Origin: Octopus sinensis
Lineage: Eukaryota
Assembly (NCBI RefSeq): GCF_006345805.1
Contig: NW_021829312.1
Span: forward strand, 1 to 6,576
DNA: 6,576 bases
Reading direction: 5' to 3'
A program made the position numbers and the translations under genes. Within the stretch, counting starts at the first letter, position 1, and each line of letters starts with the position of its first letter. Below, one piece after another: positions 1 to 6,576 of the stretch. Under the pieces are notes generated by a model. That model saw nothing but the letters and a program-made list of their open reading frames with translations. It ran no database searches and was not told where the DNA came from.

Positions 1-341
1 TACCAGTGAGCACTGGGGTTGAGGTAATTGACTTGAGCCACTCTCCTGAAATTGCTGGCCTTGTGCCAAAATTAGAACCAAAATCTCAGTGATGTTTATG
101 GTCAATAAATAATACCAGTTGAGCACTGGGGTTGATGTAATTGACTTAGCCACTCTCCTGAAATTGCTGGCCTTGTGCCAAAATTTAAAACCAAAATTCC
201 AGTGATGTTTATGGTCAATAAAATAAGTACCAGTTGGGCACTAGGGTTGATGTAATTGACTTAGTACTCTCCTGAAATTGCTGGCCTTGTGCCAAAATTT
301 GAAAGCAAAATCTCAGTGATGTTTATGGTCAATAAAATAAG

Positions 342-2519
342 TACAAGTTGATCACTGGGGTTGATGTAATTGACAGAGCCATTCTCGCGAAATTGCTGGC
401 CTTCTACCAAAATTTAAAACCAAAATTCCAGTGATGTTTATGGTCAATAAAATAAGTACCAATTGATCACTGGGGTTGATGTAATTGACTTACCCTCTTG
501 CTGAAATTGCTGGCCTCTCTACCAAAATTTAAAACCAAAATTCCATGTGTTATGGTCAATACAATAAGTACCAGTACCACTTGGGACTGGGTTGATGTAA
601 TGACTTAGCCACTCTCCTGAAATTGCTGGCCTACTACCAAAATTAAAACCAAAATTCCAGTGATGTTTATGGTCAATAAAATAAGTACCATTGATCACTG
701 GGGTTGATGTAATTGACTTAGCCACTCCCTGAAATTGCTGGCCTTCTACCAAAATTTAAAACCAAAATTCCAGTGATGTTTATGGTCAATGAAATAATAC
801 CATTGAGCACTGGGGTTGATGTAATTGACTTAGCCACTCTCCTGAAATGCTGGCCTTCTGCCAAAATTTAAAACCAAAATTCCAGTGATGTTTATGGTCA
901 GATAAAAAAGTACCAGTTGATCACTGGGGTGTGATGTAATTGACTTAGCCACTCTCCTAAATTGCTGGCCTCTACCAAAATAAAAACCAAAATTCCAGTG
1001 ATGTGTTTTATGGTCCATAAAATAAGTACCATTGGAGCACTGGGGTGATGTAATTGACTTAGCCACTCTCCGGAAATTGCTGGCCTCGTGACTAAACTTC
1101 AAACCAAAATTCCAGTGATGTTTATGGTCAATAAAATAAGTACCAATTGATCACTGGGGTTGATGTAATTGACTTAGCCACTCTCCTGAAATTGCTGGCC
1201 TTCTACCAAAATTTAAAACGAAAATTCCAGTGATGTTTATGGTCAATGAAATAAGTACGAGTTGAGCACTGGTGTTGATGTAATTGACTTAGACACTCTC
1301 CTGAAATTGCTGGCCTTCTGCCAAAATTTAAAACCAAAATTCCAGTGATTTTTATGGTCAATAAAATAAGTACCAATTGATCACTGGGGTTGATGTAATT
1401 GACTTAGCCAATCTCCTGAAATTACTGGCCTTCTACCAAAATTTAAAACGAAAATTCCAGTGGTGTTTATAGTCAATGAAATAAGTACCAGTTGAGCACT
1501 GGTGTTGATGTAATTGACTTAGACACTCTCCTGACATTGCTGGCCTTCTGCCAAAATTTAAAACGAAAATTCCAGTGATGTTTATGGTCAATAAAATAAG
1601 TACCAGTTGAGCACTGGGGTTGATGTAAGTGACTTAGCCACTCTCCTGAAATTGCTGGCCTTCTACTAAAATTTAAAACCAAAATTCCAGTGATGTTTAT
1701 GGTCAATAAAATAAGTACCAATTGATCACTGGGGTTGATGTAATTGACTTAGCCACTCTCCTGAAATTGCTGGCCTTCTACCAAAATTTAAAATAAAATT
1801 CCAGTGATGTTTATGGTCAATAAAATAAGTACCAGTTGAGCACTGGTGTTGATGTAATTGACTTAGACACTCTCCTGAAATTGCTGGCCTTCTGCCAAAA
1901 TTTAAAACCAAAATTCCAGTGATTTTTATGGTCAATAAAATAAGTACCAATTGATCACTGGGGTTGATGTAATTGACTGAGCCACTCTCCTGATATTGCT
2001 GGCTTTATGCCAAAATTTGAAACCAAAATGTCAGTGATGTTTATGGTCAATAAAATAAGTACCAGTTGAGCACTAGGGTTGATGTAATTGACTTAGCCAC
2101 TCTCCGGAAATTGCTGGCCTCGTGCCAAAACTTGAAACCAAAATCTCAGTGATGTTTATGGTCAATAAAATAAGTACCAATTGATCACTGGGGTTGATGT
2201 AATTGACTTAGCCACTCTCCTGAAATTGCTGGCCTTCTACCAAAATTTAAAACCAAAATTCCAGTGATGTTTATGGTCAATAAAATAAGTACCAGTTGAG
2301 CACTGGGGTTGATGTAATTGACTTAGCCACTCTCCTGAAATTGCTGGCCTTCTACCAAAATTTAAAACCAAAATTCCAGTGATTTTTATGGTCAATAAAA
2401 TAAGTACCAGTTGATCACTGGGGTTGATGTAATTGACTGAGCCACTCTCGCGAAATTGCTGGCCTTCTGCCAAAATTTGAAAGCAAAATCTCAGTGATGT
2501 TTATGGTCAATAAAATAAG
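342..2519. repeat. Higher-order repeat block, copy 1 (19 monomers, U4-U22)
   Basis: Rare variants occur in the same order as in 3669-5850: TACAAG start (U4/U33), GGCCTACTACC (U6/U35), ATAAAAAAG-type end (U8/U37), CTCCTAAA (U9/U38), GACTAAACTTCAAACC (U10/U39), TTTATAGTCAATG (U13/U42), CTGACATT (U14/U43), CTACTAAA (U15/U44), 114-bp AAAATAAAATT monomer (U16/U45), GATATT..GGCTTTATG..ATGTCAG (U18/U47), CCTCGTGCCAAAACTTG (U19/U48), CTCGCG (U22/U51). Confidence 0.92.
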
Positions 2520-3668
2520 TACAAGTTGATCACTGGGGTTGATGTAATTGACTGAGCCATTCTCACGAAATTGCTGGCCTTCTACCAAAATTTAAAACCA
2601 AAATTCCAGTGATGTTTATGGTCAATAAAATAAGTACCAATTGATCACTGGGGTTGATGTAATTGACTTAGCCACTCTCCTGAAATTGCTGGCCTTCTAC
2701 CAAAATATAAAACCAAAATTCCAGTGATGTGTATGGTCAATAAAATAAGTACCAGTTGAGCACTGGGGTTAATGTAATTGACTTAGACACTCTCCTGAAA
2801 TTGCTGGCCTTCTACCAAAATTTAAAACGGAAATTCCAGTGATGTTTATGGTCAATAACATAAGTACCAGTTCAGCACTGGTGTTGATGTAATTGACTTA
2901 GACACTCTTCTGAAATTGCTGGCCTTCCGCCAAAATTTAAAACCAAAATTCCAGTGATGTTTATGGTCAATAAAATAAGTACCAATTGATCACTGGGGTT
3001 GATGTAATTGACTTAGCCACTCTCCTGAAATTGCTGGCCTTCTACCAAAATTTAAAACGAAAATTCCAGTGATGTTTATGGTCAATAAAATGAGTACCAG
3101 TTGAGCACTGGTGTTGATGTAATTGACTTAGACACTCTCCTGAAATTGCTGGCCTTCTGCCAAAATTTAAAACCAAAATTCCAGTGATGTTTATGGTCAA
3201 TAAAATAAGTACCAATTGATCACTGGGGTTGATGTAATTGACACAGCCACTCTCCTGAAATTGCTGGCCTTCTGCCAAAATTAAAAACCAAAATCTCAGT
3301 GATGTTTATGGTCAATAAAATAAGTACCAGTTGATCACTGGGGTTGATGTAATTGACTTAGCCACTCTCCTGAAATTGCTGGCCTTGTGCCAAAACTTAA
3401 AACCAAAATCTCATTGATGATTATGGTCAATAAAATAAGTACCAGTTGGGCACTAGGGTTGATGTAATTGACTTAGTCCTCTCCTGAAATTGCTGGCCTT
3501 GTGCCAAAATTTCAAAGCAAAATCTCAGTGATGTTTATGTTCAATAAAATAAGTACCAGTTGAGCACTGGGGTTGATGTAATTGACTTAGCCACTCTCCT
3601 GAAATTGCTGGCCTTGTGCCAAAATTAGAAACCAAAATCGCAGTGATGTTTATGGTCAATAAAATAAG
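2520..3668. repeat. Ten-monomer intervening segment (U23-U32), present once as an intact series
   Basis: It starts with a TACAAG monomer like U4/U33 and ends with TTGTGCC/ATCTCAG-type monomers like U1-U3. It carries private variants such as GGTTAATG, AAAACGG, TTCAGC, TTCCGCC, ATGAGTACC and GACACAGCC. Confidence 0.7.
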
Positions 3669-5850
3669 TACAAGTTGATCACTGGGGTTGATGTAATTGA
3701 CTGAGCCACTCTTGCGTAATTGCTGGCCGTCTACCAAAATTTAAAACCAAACTTCCAGTGATGTTTATGGTCAATAAAATAAGTACCAATTGATCACTGG
3801 GGTTGATGTAATTGACTTAGCCATTCTGCTGAAATTGCTGGCCTTCTACCAAAATTTAAAACCAAAATTCCAGTGATGTTTATGGTCAATAAAATAAGTA
3901 CCAGTTGAGCACTGGGGTTGATGTAATTGACTTAGCCACTCTCCTAAAATTGCTGGCCTACTACCAAAATTTAAAACCAAAATTCCAGTGATGTTTATGG
4001 TCAATAAAATAAGTACCAATTGATCACTGGGGTTGATGTAATTGACTTAGCCACTCTCCTGAAATTGCTGGCCTTCTACCAAATTTTAAAACTAAAATTC
4101 CAGTGATGTTTATGGTCAATGAAATAAGTACCAGTTGAGCACTGGTGTTGATGTAATTGACTTAGACACTCTCCTGAAATTGCTGGCCTTCTGCCAAAAT
4201 TTAAAACCAAAATTCCAGTGATGTTTATGGTCAATAAAAAAAGTACCAGTTGAGCACTGGGGTTGATATAATTGACTTAGCCACTCTCCTAAAATTGCTG
4301 GCCTTCTACCAAAATTTAAAACCAAAATTCCAGTGATGTTTATGGTCAATAAAATAAGTACCAGTTGAGCACTAGGGTTGATGTAATTGACTTAGCCACT
4401 CTCCGGAAATTGCTGGCCACTTGACTAAACTTCAAACCAAAATTCCAGTGATGTTTATGGTCAATAAAATAAGTACCAATTGATCACTGGGGTTGATGTA
4501 ATTGACTTAGCCACTCTCCTGAAATTGCTGGCCTTCTACCAAAATTTAAAACGAAAATTCCAGTGATGTTTATGGTCAATGAAATAAGTACCAGTTGAGC
4601 ACTGGTGTTGATGTAATTGACTTAGACACTCTCCTGAAATTGCTGGCCTTCTGCCAAAATTTAAAACCAAAATTCCAGTGATTTTTATGGTCAATAAAAT
4701 AAGTACCAATTGATCACTGGGGTTGATGTAATTGACTTAGCCACTCTCCTGAATTGCTGCCTTCTACCAAAATTTTAAAACGAAAATTCCAGTGTGTTTA
4801 TAGTCAATGAAATAAGTACCAGTTGAGCCAGTGGTGTGATGTGTTATGTAATTGAGGACACTCTCCTGACATTGCTGGCCTTCTGCCAAAATTTAAAACG
4901 AAAATTCCAGTGATGTTTATGGTCATAATAAGTACCAGTTGAGCACTGGGTTGATGTAATTGACTTAGCCACTCTCCTGAAATTGCTGGCCTTCTACTAA
5001 AATTTAAAACCAAAATTCCAGTGATGTTTATGGTCAATAAAATAAGTACCAATTGATCACTGGGGTTGATGTAATTGACTTAGCCACTCTCCTGAAATTG
5101 CTGGCCTTCTACCAAAATATAAAATAAAATTCCAGTGATGTTTATGGTCAATAAAATAAGTACCAGTTGAGCACTGGTGTTGATGTAATTGACTTAGACA
5201 CTCTTCCTAAATTGCTGGCCTTCTGCCAAAATTTAAAACCAAAATTCCAGTGATTTTTATGGTCAATAAAATAAGTACCAATTGATCACTGGGGTTGATG
5301 TAATTGATTGAGCCACTCTCCTGATATTGCTGGCTTTATGCCGAAATTTGAAACCAAAATGTCAGTGATGTTTCTGGTCAATAAAATAAGTACCAGTTGA
5401 GCACTAGGGTTGATGTAATTGACTTAGCCACTCTCCGGAAATTGCTGGCCTCGTGCCAAAACTTGAAACCAAAATCTCAGTGATGATTATGGTCAATAAA
5501 ATAAGTACCAATTGATCACTGGGGTTGATGTAATTGACTTAGCCACTCTCCTGAAATTGCTGGCCTTCTACCAAAATTTAAAACCAAAATTCCAGTGATG
5601 TTTATGGTCAAAAAAATAAGTACCAGTTGAGCACTGGGGTTGATGTAATTGACTTAGCCACTCTCCTGATATTGCTGGCCTTCTACCAAAATTTAAAACC
5701 AAAATTCCAGTGATTTTTATGGTCAATAAAATAAGTACCAGTTGATCACTGGGGTTGATGTAATTGACTGAGCCACTCTCGCGAAATTGCTGGCCTTCTG
5801 CCAAAATTTAAAACCAAAATCTCAGTGAAGTTTATGGTCAATAAAATAAG
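3669..5850. repeat. Higher-order repeat block, copy 2 (19 monomers, U33-U51)
   Basis: Collinear with 342-2519 at an offset of about 3327-3333 bp (29 monomers), based on the shared ordered variants listed for copy 1. Confidence 0.92.
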
Positions 5851-6576
5851 TACCAGTTGATCACTGGGGTTGATGTAATTGACTTAGCCACTCTCCTGAA
5901 ATTGCTGGCCTTCTACCAAAATTTAAAACGAAAATTCCAGTGATGTTTATGGTCAATGAAATAAGTACGAGTTGAGCACTGGTGTTGATGTAATTGACTT
6001 AGACACTCTCCTGAAATTGCTGGCCTTCTGCAAAATTTAAAACCAAATTCCAGTGATTTTTATGGTCAATAAAATAAGTACCAATTGATCACTGGGTTTG
6101 ATGTAATTGACTTAGCCAATCTCCTGAAATTACTGGCCTTCTACCAAAATTTAAAACGAAAATTCCAGTGGTGTTTATAGTCAATGAAATAAGTACCAGT
6201 TGAGCACTGGTGTTGATGTAATTGACTTAGACACTCTCCTGACATTGCTGGCCTTCTGCCAAAATTTAAAACGAAAATTCCAGTGATGTTTATGGTCAAT
6301 AAAATAAGTACCAGTTGAGCACTGGGGTTGATGTAAGTGACTTAGCCACTCTCCTGAAATTGCTGGCCTTCTACTAAAATTTAAAACCAAAATTCCAGTG
6401 ATGTTTATGGTCAATAAAATAAGTACCAATTGATCACTGGGGTTGATGTAATTGACTTAGCCACTCTCCTGAAATTGCTGGCCTTCTACCAAAATATAAA
6501 ATAAAATTCCAGTGATGTTTATGGTCAATAAAATAAGTACCAGTTGAGCACTGGTGTTGATGTAATTGACTTAGAC
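5851..6576. repeat. Third, truncated copy (U52-U58) of the sub-block that starts at U11/U40
   Basis: Matches 1141-1868 (offset 4708-4710) and 4474-5199 (offset about 1377, 12 monomers). Shared markers are AAAACG..CAATGAA, a B-type monomer, TTTATAGTCAATG, CTGACATT, CTACTAAA and the 114-bp AAAATAAAATT monomer, in the same order. The window end cuts it off. Confidence 0.9.

Larger units (their letters stand above)
1..6576. repeat. Tandem satellite array of a 115-bp monomer: 57 full copies plus one partial, running off both window edges
   Basis: The start motif TACC(A/G) recurs at 1, 113, 228, 342, 457, 569, 686, 798, 911, 1027, 1141, 1256, 1371, 1486, 1601, 1716, 1830, 1945, 2060, 2175 and onward to 6309, 6424, 6538. 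Spacing is exactly 115 bp in most clean regions. All copies share one orientation, with no spacers or unique inserts. U20 (2175-2289) is a clean example. Confidence 0.99.

Noticed and set aside
1273-1293. Apparent compensatory covariation G18:C38 to T18:A38 in B-type monomers
   Set aside because: In that register only 17:39 and 20:36 also form Watson-Crick pairs, and 19:37 is G:G, so there is no supporting helix. A65G co-varies equally well, so linkage by descent explains the pattern.
2075-2080. Telomere-like hexamers (GGGGTT in most monomers, AGGGTT in the CACTAGGGTT variant)
   Set aside because: There is one copy per monomer and it is never tandem, so it supports neither a telomeric repeat nor a G-quadruplex.
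2203-2280. W-box motifs (TTGACT on +, TTGACC on -) as WRKY regulatory sites
   Set aside because: These are 6-bp matches with no gene context and an unknown host, so they cannot be supported as regulatory elements.
2186-2281. Two interleaved inverted-repeat pairs (CACTGG/CCAGTG and ATTGAC/GTCAAT) as a pseudoknot, structured ncRNA or MITE termini
   Set aside because: The stems are only 6-8 bp with 70-bp separations, about the number expected by chance. There are no target-site duplications and no element boundaries.
2175-2289. One minus-strand frame is stop-free across a whole monomer (38 codons), hinting at a frameshifted 114-bp coding repeat
   Set aside because: One open 38-codon frame out of six is unremarkable by chance. 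The real 114-bp monomers are isolated rather than in runs, and I see no third-position bias in the variants.
519-6429. Eleven minus-strand ORFs of 70-90 aa with recurring peptides (LILLTINITGILVLNFGRRPAISGEWLSQLHQPQCSTG, TYFIDHKHHWNFGFKFW)
   Set aside because: They are translations of the repeat. Since 115 is not a multiple of 3, the frame shifts every monomer. The minus-strand consensus has five stops, four in one frame and one TAG in another, so any frame closes within three monomers. ORF length depends only on the A65G variant (TAG to CAG) and on indels. I recognise no domain, and the repeat does not preserve frame.
1-6576. CRISPR array
   Set aside because: There are no unique spacers. 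The entire 115-bp period is conserved and no cas sequence is present.
1-6576. CENP-B box or assignment to a named satellite family
   Set aside because: The canonical CENP-B box needs two CpGs and the consensus has none. I do not recognise the monomer as any named family, and centromeric location cannot be read from sequence alone.
1-6576. Rolling-circle or concatemer artefact from a single small circular template (viroid-like RNA, eccDNA, amplicon)
   Set aside because: Monomers fall into distinct haplotypes with ordered, shared variants, and the larger blocks differ in both content and length. Repeated reading of one 115-bp or 3.3-kb circle would not produce this.

Overview
The whole window is one head-to-tail tandem array (satellite DNA) of a 115-bp, AT-rich monomer (about 37% GC by hand count of the consensus). 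It holds 57 full copies plus a 39-bp partial copy, with no unique flanking sequence. Consensus (+): TACCAGTTGAGCACTGGGGTTGATGTAATTGACTTAGCCACTCTCCTGAAATTGCTGGCCTTCTACCAAAATTTAAAACCAAAATTCCAGTGATGTTTATGGTCAATAAAATAAG. I numbered the monomers U1-U58 from each TACC start. No gene, RNA, CRISPR array or mobile element is supported, and the eleven minus-strand ORFs are by-products of the repeat. The informative signal is the order of monomer variants. There is a rough A/B dimer alternation, a 19-monomer block duplicated 29 monomers (~3.33 kb) downstream, and a third, mosaic partial copy of a 12-monomer sub-block. I also see CpG-type decay in one variant lineage and two indel-rich patches that look like long-read consensus errors. 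The array resembles eukaryotic (peri)centromeric or subtelomeric satellite with higher-order repeat structure. I cannot name the family or organism, and I see no evidence of a novel protein- or RNA-based system.
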